DNA of 64,000 nucleotides from Asterionella formosa (taxonomy: Eukaryota), in contig NKIB01012883.1 in the NCBI GenBank assembly GCA_002256025.1, positions 1 through 64,000 of the forward strand. Reading direction: 5' to 3'. Under the pieces are notes generated by a model, which saw only the letters and a list, made by a program, of their open reading frames with translations, was not told the DNA's origin and did no database searches. How positions within the stretch are numbered: the stretch's first letter is position 1; every line of letters begins with the position of its first letter. Positions 22,614 to 36,095 of the stretch are shown here, piece after piece. The translations under genes and the position numbers were made by a program.

Positions 22614-23475
22614 TCCCCATGTTGCGGCAGATTTAACGAAGACTTTAACCATGTGGTTCGATGTCCCCATACAACTGAAGAACGAGAAAAAGCGTGGACA
22701 GTGTTAATGAATGTGGTCAGAAGGACACAAACATGCCCGTTTGTTCTCCTACACTTTGGACAGGGAATGGAGTCATGGTTTAGGGATCAACTGCTGGTAC
22801 AGTGGGCAGGAGAAATCCCAACATACAATGACTCTGTAGGCCAGCCAATTGAACTTTGAAGCATTCCTCAACCAACAGGACATCGGATGGGATCAAGCGC
22901 TATGCAGCAGGATTAGTCACAATTGGGGACAAGCTTATGCTTTCTATTGTCAACAATGTGGGTTACCCTCTGACTTTGCTAGAGAGCGAAATTGGCTGAC
23001 CAAGTTAGTTTCTGAATTGTGGACATTTGGAGCTGATCACTGGAAATCACATAATCAACATGTGTATGGCGCCACTGATGAGGAGACCACAATGAAGCTT
23101 GGGTCAGAATTAGACAATGCAATTTCGGCCCTTTACGCCTCCTCCGCCATGGTAGCTCCCACAGACCGCCACCTGTTTCTCCTCCCAAGTCACATACGTC
23201 TTTGCCACCATAACATAGTAGCCCAGAAACTATAGTGGGTGAATACAGTAGAGCTGCTGCTCTAAGCTTGGGATCCCTTTTATCTCTCTAAACGTGGCAA
23301 CAGAGCTCGGCTTTGCCTCGCACAACACTGGGAACTCTTAGAAGGTTGACGCCCACAGGTATGTTACAGAACCCCTTAATTTGCCTTTTTCCTGTGTCCC
23401 TTCTTGGCACCAGTTCGATTATTAGTAGCTAAGTTTTAATCTACTATAAAATCTTATTTTATCCCCCCCCCCCTC
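22614..23475 (+). mobile_element. 5'-truncated, decayed non-LTR retrotransposon 3' end
   Basis: PCCG...EDFNHVVRC (CCHC-like), then QQDIGWDQAL..RISHNW...WLTKLVSELW...W..HN..VYG, typical of the C-terminus of diatom LINE ORFs; frameshifts; ends at a poly-C run. Confidence 0.6.
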
Positions 23476-23832
23476 CTATGACTTTCAGGAAATGACTAAT
23501 GACTTTCAGGAATTGTCAGGAAACGTAAGTAAACGTTAGGAAATGTCAGCAAATTTCAAGAAAGGCGTGAAATTTCCTGAAGTTTCCAAAATGGGCTTTC
23601 CTGGCAAAAGCGAAAAAACCACCTATTTTTTTCTGGTGATTCAACAAAACGGAATTCTCATGCTATTTTAATGGCCTCGACCTCCCTGGAATGTTTCCAT
23701 TTCTTTTGGAACATTTGCATTTACATTAGGACTGCTGAGATACAGCTGTCTTTGTTCCACTGTTCTCTGAAACAAGAACAAGGGAAATATTCCTCGATAC
23801 ACGGGGGTTGGGCAATCTATATTACTGGTAGT

Positions 23833-23964
23833 TAGTATTCAAACGATCATGGCACGAATGAAAGATAACCATTGTCCGACCTGCCAGCCCCTCTTATTAA
23901 AGTGCTAGATCAGGAGGCGTGAATATCCGCGATGTCCAAATCGTCATTTCGGCGAATTTACCGC
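23833..23964. repeat. Dispersed ~132 bp repeat, copy B (copy A at 732-864)
   Basis: See copy A. Confidence 0.9.
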
Positions 23965-24254
23965 AAGGCAGAACTTGCATTTTATCATCTCCGCATCACC
24001 TTTGTTAATAAACTACCGGTACGTCATGTCGGCAAAGACTATAAGTCCTCTCTTGCTACGCAATTTATAATGACGGTACCTGGTACCCTGGTACTACCTG
24101 GTACTGTGTGGTATCATTAGGGGGCAGATCTAAATTCCAGTGTATGTATTACCTTCTTCTGGAGAACCACAGCAGAGGCACTTTGTCTTCAGCTATCACG
24201 ACACTCACCATCATGCTCCATTTGCTTCTCACGTAGCTGTGACATCCTCTCAGA

Positions 24255-25586
24255 ATGGCAAAAGAGGGTAGCCCACAGGCTGGAAGAACTTTGGATCCAC
24301 TTGTAACGCTGGTTACAGCGCAGCAGAATGTCAGCAGCAAGGCGAAAGTACGAGGTGGTGTGACTACAAACCCTGTGGCAGTGACTGGCCTTTGTTTCAT
24401 GTCAAAGGGTTTCAATCACACTGAGAATGGCAGTGGCGATTTCTCTGGCGACTCGGACACCAGTTCTGATGACGAGGGGGGAGCGCTTCGGTGTCAGCGA
24501 ATCCTTCAGGGAGAGAAATCAGCGGATTCGGACGCCACCGCTCCTGCGAGGGAAGCAGCTGCCTCCATCCAACTATTGCAAAATCGACATTTAGCTTCCT
24601 GCCATGAGTCAGGAAACGCATACCTTTGGGATCTCGGAACGCGGAGGATAGTTCACCAATTTGGACAGGGTCGAGGACCCGGGATGGCTTTGCGGAGAAT
24701 AGGCGACAAAGTCATGTATCACACCCGCGATGACGCTGGAACAGTGGCGATCCATTCCTTGGCACAAGCAGAGTCGTTCGTAAGTATCCAGTGGGAGACG
24801 CAATCGAGAACTTTTTGCACGGCTTCTCCCTGCGAGGGAAACCAAAATTTGCTGGCTCTGCCATCTGGTAACGAATGCTACGCCACCGTGAGGGATGTGC
24901 GAGTTTCGCCGATTGCCAATCCAGTAGCCTTTGTTCACGGCACTGGAGACGAAGCCAACGAACGAAAACACGGAATGCTGTCCAGTTTGGCCATGTGCAT
25001 GTCAAGTAATGACCGTCCCATGCTAGCATGTGGCATGGAAAGTGGAAGTATCTTCTTTCATGATCTTCGGGCATTGCCTCGGCATTGCGGGCTTCAAGTG
25101 AGTCCGAGAAAGGATCCTATTCTGGCAATGGACGTTAGTTTGTCGTCGTCTGGAGCTCTGGCAATCGTAGGCCTTGCTGCCGATAGAGTTGATTTAATGG
25201 AATTGCCGGAAGAGAACCGAGGCACTGTAGCTTTGGTGAAAGTATATAGTAATGACGATATTGAGATGGCAGCTAAGCTCCGGGCCCGAGTTGGCACCTG
25301 TGACTTGGAGAAAGAAGGAAAACCAGGGGTAAATGTTGCTAGGTTCCGCTCTGATGGAAGATTGTTTGCGATTGGTGGATGGGATCATCGCTTACGAATT
25401 TTTGATCGAACCAGGGCGAATCCCATGGCTGTTTTGAGGGGACATTCCACAAGTGTCAAGGCCATTGATTGGGCACCCGATTCTCCACTGTCAGGGCTGT
25501 TGGCTACTGGTTCTGGCGACGCGAAAATCCTCATTTGGCGATGTTTTTCGGCATCCGATACCCAGCGTTCTATGGAAGGACTATAA
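24255..25586 (+). CDS. WD40 protein GNB1L / Asa1-like
   Basis: WD repeats; GMLSSL...ACGMESG, KPGVNVARFRSDGRLFAIGGWDHRLRIF, LRGHSTSV, LLATGSGDAKILIW. Confidence 0.8.
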   Translation: MAKEGSPQAGRTLDPLVTLVTAQQNVSSKAKVRGGVTTNPVAVTGLCFMSKGFNHTENGSGDFSGDSDTSSDDEGGALRCQRILQGEKSADSDATAPAREAAASIQLLQNRHLASCHESGNAYLWDLGTRRIVHQFGQGRGPGMALRRIGDKVMYHTRDDAGTVAIHSLAQAESFVSIQWETQSRTFCTASPCEGNQNLLALPSGNECYATVRDVRVSPIANPVAFVHGTGDEANERKHGMLSSLAMCMSSNDRPMLACGMESGSIFFHDLRALPRHCGLQVSPRKDPILAMDVSLSSSGALAIVGLAADRVDLMELPEENRGTVALVKVYSNDDIEMAAKLRARVGTCDLEKEGKPGVNVARFRSDGRLFAIGGWDHRLRIFDRTRANPMAVLRGHSTSVKAIDWAPDSPLSGLLATGSGDAKILIWRCFSASDTQRSMEGL

Positions 25587-25810
25587 TTGATAATATAAAT
25601 CATTTATATTTAAATCTAGCTTGATCGGTGTTTTCATCCGGTTATCGGGTTCCTGCCCAATAGGCTGGAATGATTAATCTCCCTAATCGATGCCTTGTAA
25701 CAGTCACCGCCACACCACAGTAGAAGAAACTATTCTTAATTACCTCTGGTACTTGGAGTGATGGTGCCTTTCGTTTGATCTAATTTATAGTAGGGGGAGA
25801 ACAGTCTGGT

Positions 25811-27834
25811 CTAAACTGATCCACGCTGGTAGCCTTCACAAATACCTCCTTGATCAATTTTGGAATCGTAACTCATGATCATGAAGACATACTGAATGCT
25901 CATAAGCAATGCCGATAGTAACACTACACCTCCGATCGAGTATGCGATCAATGAATTGCGTTCAAAGTTGTGCTGCTTGCCGTATTTGTTGCTCGGACTC
26001 GGGACTTGTCTAGCTTCTTGCATCACCCTTTGGCCAAACAAGGAAGCAAAGAATCCAATTGTGAGACACACAATGGCGTAATCCCACATCACCAATCCAA
26101 AAATGGCGAAGGACGTAAGGGAGGCAAATGACGTCATCACAATCATGCAAGAACTTGTGGCAGTTGCAACGGCAGGATGAACTCCAAGAGTTAATAATAA
26201 CGGCACCACGATCATACCACCTCCGATTCCAAACATTCCTGCCATACAGCCTGCCAAACAAAATATGGAAGGATATTTGATAGCACCTCGAGAATCCCAC
26301 TTGATATCACCGTGTACAAAATTAAATTGCACTAATTCCTTGATTTCATGACGAGCTTGCAAATACGTTTGCGCAGCCCAGGCGCTTGCCACTAAAAAGG
26401 CCGCCATGATCACGTGTACAACCCAAAATGCAAGTCCACCACATCTGATTCCCCAGGGACTCTGATAGGCTCCACCTCCTACCATGATATTCAACCAAAT
26501 AAGGACAGAAAACATTCCCAACAGAGCCATGATTTTGTTCCGGGGTGCCACTCTCTCTTCTTCCGTCAGTTCCGAGCGTATCGAAACAAAATCAGGATTG
26601 ACAATTAGAATGCGCTGCCGTTCATCTTTATTGAGGGGATCTTCCTGTAAATCATCTGGGGCCGCCGGTACGTGTACAGGAGGGGCCACGTAGGTCGATT
26701 TTTTCTTCAATAAAGCATGGTACTCCCTTAGTTGTTGAATGTATCGTGTCTCGGCATCATACATGCGTTTGGCCTTGGATAGCGTGGCATTTGCGATGGT
26801 ACAAAGCAAGAATACCAACAGAACCACCAACAACTTATCATTGATAACTTTATGAAGCAGTGTCCCAAGAAGAGCACCCATTAATATTAGGGGCTCCATC
26901 ACCAAAATGAGGTTCCAATCAATCACAGGTCGATCAGCCAGAGGGTGTCGTCGATGTACGTTGAGTAATGTCGATGCTACAGCGGCTCCAAACACACTGA
27001 CAGCTCCAAGTGGAATGGCGTGCTTTGGGGGTAAGGCGAAAACTAGCAGATAAATGGGAACAACGATTCCTCCACCTATTTTGAACAACACAGAATGGAT
27101 GATACTTGAGCAAGTAGCAGTAAACAAGGACGTGGAACAGATGGGCTGCAAGAGTACCGGTAAATAGATTCTCACCTCCAATGCCTCCACCAGCAGCCAG
27201 TGTCAGACCCATTGCTGCCAGCATAAATCCCACGACTTTGTCGGTAGTCAATGGTAGCAGCTTATATGGATCAGTGTCCTCCTTGTACGCATAATAATCA
27301 TCAACATAGTCATCGTATACGTAAACAATAGTGTCATCATTAAGATCATGCTGTGGATCTCTTCCACCATTTCCTTCTTCTCCTTGAACATTAATGGGGT
27401 TTGGGTGAGCTCGATCCGAGTTCTCATTTCTGATCTTCCTGAAGTAACGGACGGACCATGCACTCACCTGCTTTTCTATGGGCGGTTTGCGAGGTAGAAG
27501 CATAATACAGGGCATGGTTTGCGGCATTTCTTTCTTTATTTTGTGATACTCTTCCCAAGTACCCCGAATTTCTTCCCTGTCGCGGTAGCTGTTTCTGTTG
27601 ACTCACATCCGTCATTTGGTAGGCGCTTGCCAAAGTCGTCAAGGTCCCACAACAGACGAGTATCGAAAAAGCCACGACGACTCCTGCGCTTCGTCGGCTT
27701 GGTGTGCATTTGGATACTTCTATCGGGCAACGATTCATTTCTTCGTTAGTTAGTATATGCTCCGTGTCGCTCGCGATATGGATCGGCAAGGTTTCTTTCC
27801 TCATTTCGCCACATGTGGCGTTGGATTCTGTCAT
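25811..27834 (-). CDS. Sulfite exporter TauE/SafE family membrane protein (3 exons)
   Basis: Introns 27383-27467 and 27076-27175 join three ORFs; AGGGIGGGGIVVP, RRHPLADRPVIDWNL..MEP, GMFGIGGGMIVVPLLL, ATATSS; exact start uncertain. Confidence 0.9.
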
Positions 27835-28232
27835 GTGTTATAGTTGACGATTCGAAGAATATTTTGTTTATTATATATGGAACGAATCCCTTTTATAATA
27901 TGCCTATTTATGTATGGAGCATTCACATAATCCTGCACCGGTAATCATGCATGAATGTTTTCTACAGCTGATGTATGTCCTTCCGGTATGGATATACAAT
28001 ATTTGCTGAATCATGCAGTGCCATGTTTGTTATATGGAAACCATACAGGCATGTATACGTAAGTATTGATCGATGTAATTAATACACAGTGCATATTGTG
28101 TCCGCCAGTGCATGTATTTAATACCGCTCCATTACCGGTATCAGATACGAAACCATCATTTCTTGGATCGTTTGGGTTCGTCGTCATCAAAAAACTAATC
28201 ATCATTTCTTTAGGTTTGGGTTCGCCATCAAC

Positions 28233-29216
28233 ATGCTGATACCATCGCCTTTAGTCACAATCCTCACCTTGCTGCTGATACAAGCCAATCAATTAGTTGC
28301 GTCTTTTGTGCTTTTACCATCCATAGCAACAACAAGAGTTCGAGCGTTCTCGCAACGCACCGCGACAATGAGCCTCCAAGATGATTTGCTCGAGCAGGTC
28401 CTGAAGGTTGCCATCGACGCCTCGAAACGGGCAGGAGAGATTATTATTGGTAATGCAGGAGGTGCCGAAGTGACGGAGCGAAAGGCGAACAGTAGAGATC
28501 TATTGACGCTGATTGATCCCCTGTGTGAAAAAACAATCAAGGAAACAGTGCTGGCCGCCTTTCCGCATCACGACTTTTTGGGAGAAGAAGATGTAAACCC
28601 CGGAAAGGAAGCGAGTGCTGCCGCACTAAATGATAAACTAGACAGCTCGGGGGATGACTGGCTATGGATTGTTGATCCCATTGATGGAACGACTAATTTC
28701 GTGCATGGCATGCCGCTCTGCATGCCATCTATCGCAGCTGCGTACAAGGGCCAAGTCATGGTTGGCGTGATTTTTGATCCACATCGCAATGAGCTATTCA
28801 CCTCTATCAAAGGGCAAGGCTCGTATATGAATGGAGTACCCATCCATGTGGGAGAACAAGTACTCCTTGGCGACGCAATTATTGCAATGGGTGCTCCGCC
28901 TGGCGAAGAATCAATGGCTATGTCACTCCTGGGCGTGCAAAAACTAATGCCGAAGGTGCGAACGATTCGCATGCTTGGCTCGGCCGCTTTAATGCTAGCA
29001 TGGGTTGCTAATGGAAGACTTACATGCTACTGGGAATATGACCTGTCGTCCTGGGATATTGCAGCGGGGGCGCTGATTGTGACGGAGGCTGGCGGGAAAT
29101 TTACAGATCTTGCCGGTGACGACTACACGCTCCGCACTAGGAAAATGTGTGCCAGCAATGGAAAAATTCACGAGGAGGTGTTACGGGTGTTGAAGGACGA
29201 AGCCGGAATAGTTTAG
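28233..29216 (+). CDS. Inositol monophosphatase family protein (IMPL/SuhB-like), plastid-type presequence
   Basis: [42 protein letters not shown]; signal peptide ending LVAS-F. Confidence 0.93.
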   Translation: MLIPSPLVTILTLLLIQANQLVASFVLLPSIATTRVRAFSQRTATMSLQDDLLEQVLKVAIDASKRAGEIIIGNAGGAEVTERKANSRDLLTLIDPLCEKTIKETVLAAFPHHDFLGEEDVNPGKEASAAALNDKLDSSGDDWLWIVDPIDGTTNFVHGMPLCMPSIAAAYKGQVMVGVIFDPHRNELFTSIKGQGSYMNGVPIHVGEQVLLGDAIIAMGAPPGEESMAMSLLGVQKLMPKVRTIRMLGSAALMLAWVANGRLTCYWEYDLSSWDIAAGALIVTEAGGKFTDLAGDDYTLRTRKMCASNGKIHEEVLRVLKDEAGIV

Positions 29217-29360
29217 ATCATGACTGTAATTATGAACCCATAGACAAGCGATGTTTAATGGAATTTTGTAAGGTGGCCATGGCTCTGATAAAATTGTTTC
29301 GATTATTCGACACCTAACATTGACGGAGAGAACGCATCCCGATAAGTTCCTTTGTCCAGT

Positions 29361-30826
29361 TCAATAAGTCACAATCACCTGTGATCGACACTTACCATTG
29401 TCGTTCCCGTTCTGGGCTAGTATGTTTTCCTCGGCTCCCTCTGCGTTCAGGGTAACTATTTCGTCGTCGGCAATCTCGTCATTATGTGCTACTTTTTCGT
29501 CCTCCGTTGCCGTTTCGAAAAGGGTCACATGTTCTTCCTCGGTTACTGTTTTATTCTGATGCTCTCCTTCGTTCTCGGCCTCTTCATCTTCTTCGTCTTC
29601 CTCAAATTCCTCTTCCTCGTCGCTTTCTTCGTCCTCCTTCTCATCGGAAATTGCTTCGGTATCATCAAGAGAGGCTTCTTCTTCGTCTGCTTCGGCCGTG
29701 ACCACCTCGTCGGTCACTTGGGCAGTTTCTGCGTCCTCAGCTTCTGCTGGTACCTGGGCAAGGGCTCCTACCTTGAAAGGGCGTTCCAAATTTCTTCCAA
29801 GTACATAGCATTGAAACAGTGGATTGAATACTAGATTGGTCAGTCCCTGCACAGTTTGGAAAAAGAGAGGCTGCGTCTGGCCCATTTTGAAATGCAAAAA
29901 CCACATAAAGGCCATGTTCAGTAATATGCCACCATTCATGTTCTTGGCTTGCTTTAGATCATATTCCATTATAGTCGATTGTGTTGACAAAAATGAAGAT
30001 GCTAGATTCTTGATCATGTCTTGATTTTGGAGTTGCGCGTTTAGAATGCCAGAGAGTGGATTGGTCATTTTGATGGGTGTTCGATCATTGTTGAGTTTTG
30101 CCTGGACCCGAACATAAAGACAAAAAATTTGTTGCAAGACCACGAATGCAATGAAAATGAAGCTGGATAATTCAAATATGAAAAATCGGGTCAATACATG
30201 CATTTATAGCATGCAATGGAAGAACCGATACAAACTTACCGACCGAATCGGACAATCTTGGGATCATACATGTCCAATCGTTTCGTCAATACCATGAGAC
30301 CGAGCATTGTGCCCATTTGGATTGTAGCGGGCAGTTCAAGTGGAGTATCATACTCTACTACAGCAGTGTCAATTTCTATTTCATCTTCTTCCTCTTCTTC
30401 GGATGATCAATCAGTTGGTGAGAATGATTGTTAAAATCGAAACCAAATTGGTAGATTTGACATGAACGTACCTTCCTCCTCCTCGTCGTCTTCCTCCTCT
30501 TCGGATCCTTCAACTTCGTTTGGATGATATAAAACGCTGAGATTATCTGCTGAATGATACATACCTCCAAGGAAAGCACCGTTTCACTCACCTTCGTCCT
30601 CTTCTTCTTCATCGTCGTCGGTGTCCTCGTCGTCGACTTGCCCACCTCGAAGTGATTTCAACGTTTCCAAGCTGCATATTTTGTGTATTCTCGTGTCAGG
30701 TAGCCCCCATTTGGAAACGTTCGAGAGCGCCAGAGACCGTCCAGCTATAGCTGCTGATGCTGTTCGTGCTGAAAATGCCAAGACAATTGAAGATACCACA
30801 CAACATCGAAATACTGTTGTCGTCAT
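29361..30826 (-). CDS. PHO88/SND3-family ER membrane protein with signal peptide and acidic tracts (4 exons)
   Basis: Donors at 30591, 30471, 30239; intron 3 = 30163-30239; EYDLKQ...FMWFLHFKMGQTQPLFFQ...NPLF...LERPFK; acceptors of introns 1 and 2 uncertain. Confidence 0.8.
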
Positions 30827-31012
30827 CGTTTCGGCTTGATTCTTGTGCTTTCCCGACGATGAGAGAAAAATCCGAGACTCAATATTCCACTATCGAAGAC
30901 CAGGGCGGGGAGACAAGGAACGGAACGGAACGGAACGGATCGAATCACGACAACTGTTGGGTGTTACCAAGGACACAGCGTTGTGTGTTTGCTTCACTTG
31001 ATTTTGTAATAC

Positions 31013-31520
31013 AGCTACCGGTACCGGTATTCGTCCAAGCCTGCTGCTATGTATTATTATCTGGAGTGATGGCAAAGATTTTGCCGTGCACGCGCTATTT
31101 TTTTTGTATCTACCATGCACTCACTGTATGTGATGATATGGCCTTTTTTTTTGGCTGGTTGATGAGGTCCCTCGTCGTCCCATGCTGACCAGTTACCGTA
31201 CTCCGGGGGTCTACCCCTGGCATGGTAAGGTATGATACCGGTATTTACAGTTTGCCTAACTCCACGTGGTGTCCAATTATATCGTAGTCCGTCTGCCTTC
31301 GCCCAGTTTCGACTACGTACCGGTACTGGTACATACAATTACCGGTAAGCATCGTAACCTGGCACCTGGTACTGGTAACTTTTACAGGGTCCCTCCCTAC
31401 CAAGTATCTACTACCATCTAGTGCTGACGAGATCCCGGTATGTACCGGCGGTCATGGTACCTGGTACCGGTAATGGTAGCAGAGTATGCTTTGAGCAGTT
31501 CCTTTGGGAGCACAGGTACT
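31013..31520. repeat. GTAC/CCGG palindromic motif cluster upstream of the PHO88-like gene
   Basis: TACCGGTACCGGTA, GTACCGGTAC, GGTACCTGGTACC and related words. Confidence 0.8.
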
Positions 31521-31773
31521 GGTAAATTTAAAGGCAACTCTTGAGAACATGAATGACACTAATACGACGGCTAAAGGAGCTTCATCCCATTCCTTACTAA
31601 CTCTTAATCGAATCTGATACATAACGCACTTAAAGAAAATTAGAAGCCAGCACATAAATACCACTAATACACTCATACTCTGACCAGCATATGGTACACT
31701 ACTGTAACATCCTACTAAAATTGCATTTCATCTGGAAAGATTCTCATTTCTTTAATAACACATTGCACTAGTA

Positions 31774-33635
31774 TCAAACCACAACTGAATATTGAGGCGG
31801 GGGTGCTACACTACCTTTTGGATAGGCGGAAGACCATGCAGTTGACATTATGGCTGTCTCCATAGGATGATTATCCTCGAGCTTGCCAGGAGAATCTGCA
31901 TAGCAAACAATCAATGTGTTGACTGCACCACGTACTACACTCATCATGACGGAAGCTACAGAAATTCCAACAAAAAATCCGAGGCTGGGTGTGTTTGGGG
32001 CAAATAGTTAGAAGAATACATTATACATTTGTTGTTGACAAAAGCAAGTGGTAAACTTACCCAAATGACCAATACAGCGAACCCGGTAATGGTCCAAAAA
32101 TGTAGGACTCTTCATCCATACTCGAGTGATGGTTGACAATCAATGCCAGTATCACGGACAAACCACCATTAACTATACCAACACTCAGTGTAGTGAAACC
32201 GAGGACATATCCCACCAAGTCGTTGGTCACAAAGCTTGTCCACCCACGAGCTTTGAAGAGTTCCACCACCTTTTTTCCGGAATCGATATAGCTGTATCCA
32301 TAAATTCCAACAAAGACATATGCCCACTGATTAAAATATTCAAGGAAATCTTCCATCAAATTTGCACAACATTCTGCAATACAAACAATAACTTCTCCGC
32401 AACCGTCACAAGAATCATTAGATCTAGTGTTATTCCGTGTATTTTCGAGTAGTGCACGCAAGGCTGAGATAATTGCCTGAAGCAGGGACCCGCAACATAT
32501 TGACCCAAAGGAATATGTCAGACTACGGTAAAGAGAACCAGTAACAGCGGGAGAGCAGCAGGAACGTGCGTCATCTTTGACAAAGCACCAAGTACCCATC
32601 ACACCAGCAACCGTAACTTGAATTGTGTTCTGGGAACGTAACCAATTGAGTAAAGTTTCATGATTTCAATGTTTTTCAGCGAGGCAGCTAAGTGCTATTA
32701 CTTACAATCATAATTGTGCATGTCCAGTACAAGGAGAGTAGCAATAGGAAGAAGGCAAAGCCTTGAGGACCTCCCTCATCCGCGTCATCTTTTCCATGAT
32801 GCTTCTCTCTTTCTGGATGAGACTTGCCATATGAATCAGCATCGTGTAACATGATTCCAATTACTACATACAACCAAAATGCTGCCCACATAAACGAAAC
32901 ACAGGAAAAGAAAAAGGCAATGACGTACATGCCCCAATTGGCGCTGATGCCCTGTAGAGCCACACTCAAGTTGGCCGAAGTAAATGGAATCATATGCCAT
33001 ACGATACGAATATAGTAAGTAAGTATCCCAAGTACAGCCACCGCTGCAACAACGGAAAAGATGGACCCGGTTGCAACTATTACCCAAATCATCACGACAG
33101 CTGTCCACCCCAACGAACCAAGCAAGCAGGACATCACAATAGCCTTTGGACAAGAAGGAATTATGCAAGCTGTGCCGATATATGATATCAAAAAGGCCGT
33201 GAATGCCCCCGGAAGTATGATACAAGATAGAATCCGAGGTAAATACACTTCGGACCAATCACTTGCCGTTACTATAGCGTCTTCCACCGTCTTCAGATCT
33301 TCATCACTGACATTTTTCGCCCCATCATCATCCATGTATTCCTTCCAATGAGTGACGTTCATGTCAACCTTTTCGATTCCGTAGGACCCATAAAAAATGC
33401 TCAAAAATATCATGATGGCAAGATGAATGAAAAATAAACAAGAAAAGGTGACATCTCGAAAAACAGGAGACCCATCGTCAGGAATATCATCTTCGACAAC
33501 GACATTGGCTATTGCCATTAAAGGCGTTCCTTCCGAGGGAAGCTCGTCAATCATGACATTTTCCACGATGTATGTTTGCGAAGGAATGATGGCTAGAGGA
33601 ACGCCATCAGGCAAGTCTCTGCGTTTGAAGTTCAT
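31774..33635 (-). CDS. Choline transporter-like protein (CTL/SLC44/PNS1 family), 3 exons
   Basis: Exons 33635-32706, 32629-32061, 31984-31774; FRDV.F, IPFTSANL, SLYWT, VTVAGVMGTW, YSFGSICCGSL, YFNQWAYVFVGIYG, ARGW, IVCYADSP. Confidence 0.92.
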
Positions 33636-33954
33636 GCTTCCAGGATCTGTTCAAAAGGATCCCTGATCACACGATTCAAATAGATTATGCAAGGAGATCG
33701 TCTGTCTTTCGAATGGATTTTGCCTGCTCCCTCTGTTGCTTGGGTTCTGACCAACAAAAAGGTGGGATAGTATACAGGTAGTCTACCAGTATTCAATCAA
33801 TGAAATCAGGCATCGCTGATGCTACATCAAGTTTTATTCGTTATGAGCAACTTGGAAAATTGCAGATCCCCATTACCGGTATTGATGTCCAAATATAAAT
33901 TGGTATTCCGGAGTATCATGCAGGAGCACACCAATAAATTCATTCACATACATG

Positions 33955-34222
33955 TACCGGTATATTCCGGTATATCAATGTAGCGGATGATGGACAGCAC
34001 ACAGGCAGACACTGGTACCAGGTACCAGGTACCAGGTACCTGGTAATCCGAGTACCCGGTACCGGTAGTACCCTTCTATGATCTTGACACGCGCGCCTTT
34101 GGTCTTCTACTGAAACTAGTGTCGTACGTAATGTGTAATAGAGCACCTCGTACCAATAAGAAAAGAAATAACAAGAAGCAAAGTGGAAGTAAGTACCGGA
34201 TCCGGGTATCATGATACCCGGT
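33955..34222. repeat. GGTACCA heptamer / CCGG array upstream of the CTL gene
   Basis: CTGGTACCAGGTACCAGGTACCAGGTACCTGGTA at ~34012-34045 plus CCGGTACCGG words. Confidence 0.85.
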
Positions 34223-36095
34223 GGTAGGAGTTCAAAGACAGAGATTCATGATTCCAAATCAGGTTATGTGTGCATCAATGTTTCCTTCTCACGTGGTTTG
34301 AATACATAGAAACTACAAACTTTTAAATTTAACCTCACTTATGCTTTAAGACAAATCCTTTGCTAAAAGGGTAGACCGTTTAGTGCTTCCTGGACCTGCC
34401 AGCCCTAATGTCATGAACTTCCTTATGTAAATACCAACCCAGAATCATCCCAACAAACATTGCGACTTCGGGCACTGGTGCACAGGGATCTGTACCGGCT
34501 TTAATCATCCGTGTGGTACAACAGAAACCTGCCTTTTTCAGTTCATAAGCCGCACCCCAGAAACCCTAGGGACTACATGAAAAAGAAAGAGGTAGAGGCC
34601 AAATCAATAAATGATTGATTAGATAATTGAAAAGGATATGTCTGTCAAATTAAGGAACAGTCAGGAAGCAAACTAAATATGATCTAGCCTTCTTGAGTAA
34701 CAGGATTATTCTGTAAGCAGTCCTCGATCAAACAGCATCGGGGTCTAAAGTTGAGAGAGGTCGCTCAAGATGAGACTTGAGTGTATTTAGGAAGAGGATC
34801 TAGTTTAATCTCAGTTCTAGCAAGCTGAAAACACAAATGAACCTGGTCTCCATCGATCACCTCTATTTTCGAAACATGCCTGGGCTTGGAGGTTTCAATA
34901 CTTAACATTCAAATTTACATTTAAATGAAGCTCACTCTCTTATAAAAAGCAACTATCACTAGCAAAAAAGTAAAACAAATCAATTGTGCAGAAACATTGC
35001 TGCAGAATAGTATCATTTTTCTTCAACTCATATAAGAACATTCTATGATCTACGGACATGTAAGCTCATCATTCTTCATCCAGACGAGAATGGTGTGAAT
35101 GTAGTAGATTTAAGGCGCCATAAAAATGAAGTTTTATTATATTTTATATAGTACTGGACATAGTACATGCATTCTCAAAAATCCGAATGAATGCCAAACA
35201 ATGCTGGACCAACACCACTGGAATGTTGGAGTCGACAATCTCGACTACCAGTACCGTGAGTATGCAGTTCTGAACATAATTCATTCTACAGATATCGAAG
35301 AATTTAGCTAAAATTTTGTGCATGCTTAGATTTATGACACACTGGCCATCCATGTTGATGGTCTGATCAGCCCCTCTTTTGAGGTTGCTTGTGAAGCGAG
35401 CAATCAACAATGCATTGATGCTCTTCTGGTGTCAAATCCATCTTCTTACTGTCTATGGACTAACAAAGGGTCAATGAAAAAGGTGAGGGGTTCAGAGCAA
35501 ACACTCTAATTGGGGCGCAATTCTACGAAAAACGCGCCAAAAAATCGTGGTCAGATTCACCTAATTCTAGACTACTTAGAACATATATTATCTACACCAC
35601 CCAATTTGGAATAAAATTTAATTGGAAGGGTTGTTAGCCAGAGAGTTATCAGAGCTTGCTCTTCATGAGAAGCAGTCACCTAAAATTTGGTTGCAACTAT
35701 AGTTGAATAGAGGGTGTATATACTGGCACCAGCTATGTTGCATGCCAACAACATCAGAGGATTGCATTTGGCCGATGATACCTTTAAATGAAATGGAAAT
35801 TCATGCCTACATACTTATTTTGACAACTTGACTTACACACAAAGCCTTAATCAGTATTAAAGGGCTCTGTGCTGCAAAAGAATTCAATGGGGGAGGTGGC
35901 GGAATTATGTTAACAAAGTGACATCTACAGAATGAAGTGCTCTACAGTAGACTCATCCCATACAAATGCCCTAACTCTTGCTGGTCAAATTGAACATATT
36001 CCTTCAACATTGTTTTTTGGGCATTTTCCCAGCAATTGCATTATCGTTTGCTTGCAAGTCTATATATAATCTACTTGTGGTAGCGAAAGAGAATC

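Noticed and set aside
27439..27467. Possible 29-nt micro-intron in the TauE gene
   Set aside because: It leads into a frame that stops; the 85-nt intron 27383-27467 gives the correct frame
30917..30940. Microsatellites (GGAAC)n here, (GATGGAT)n at 5137-5161, (GCAA)n at ~36727, (AAAAGC)n at ~38919
   Set aside because: Short ordinary simple repeats with no evidence of function
34260..35900. Short ORFs in non-coding blocks (also 45300-47000 and 54300-55200)
   Set aside because: Stop-ridden with no recognisable family; probably decayed repeats, but unassignable without a search
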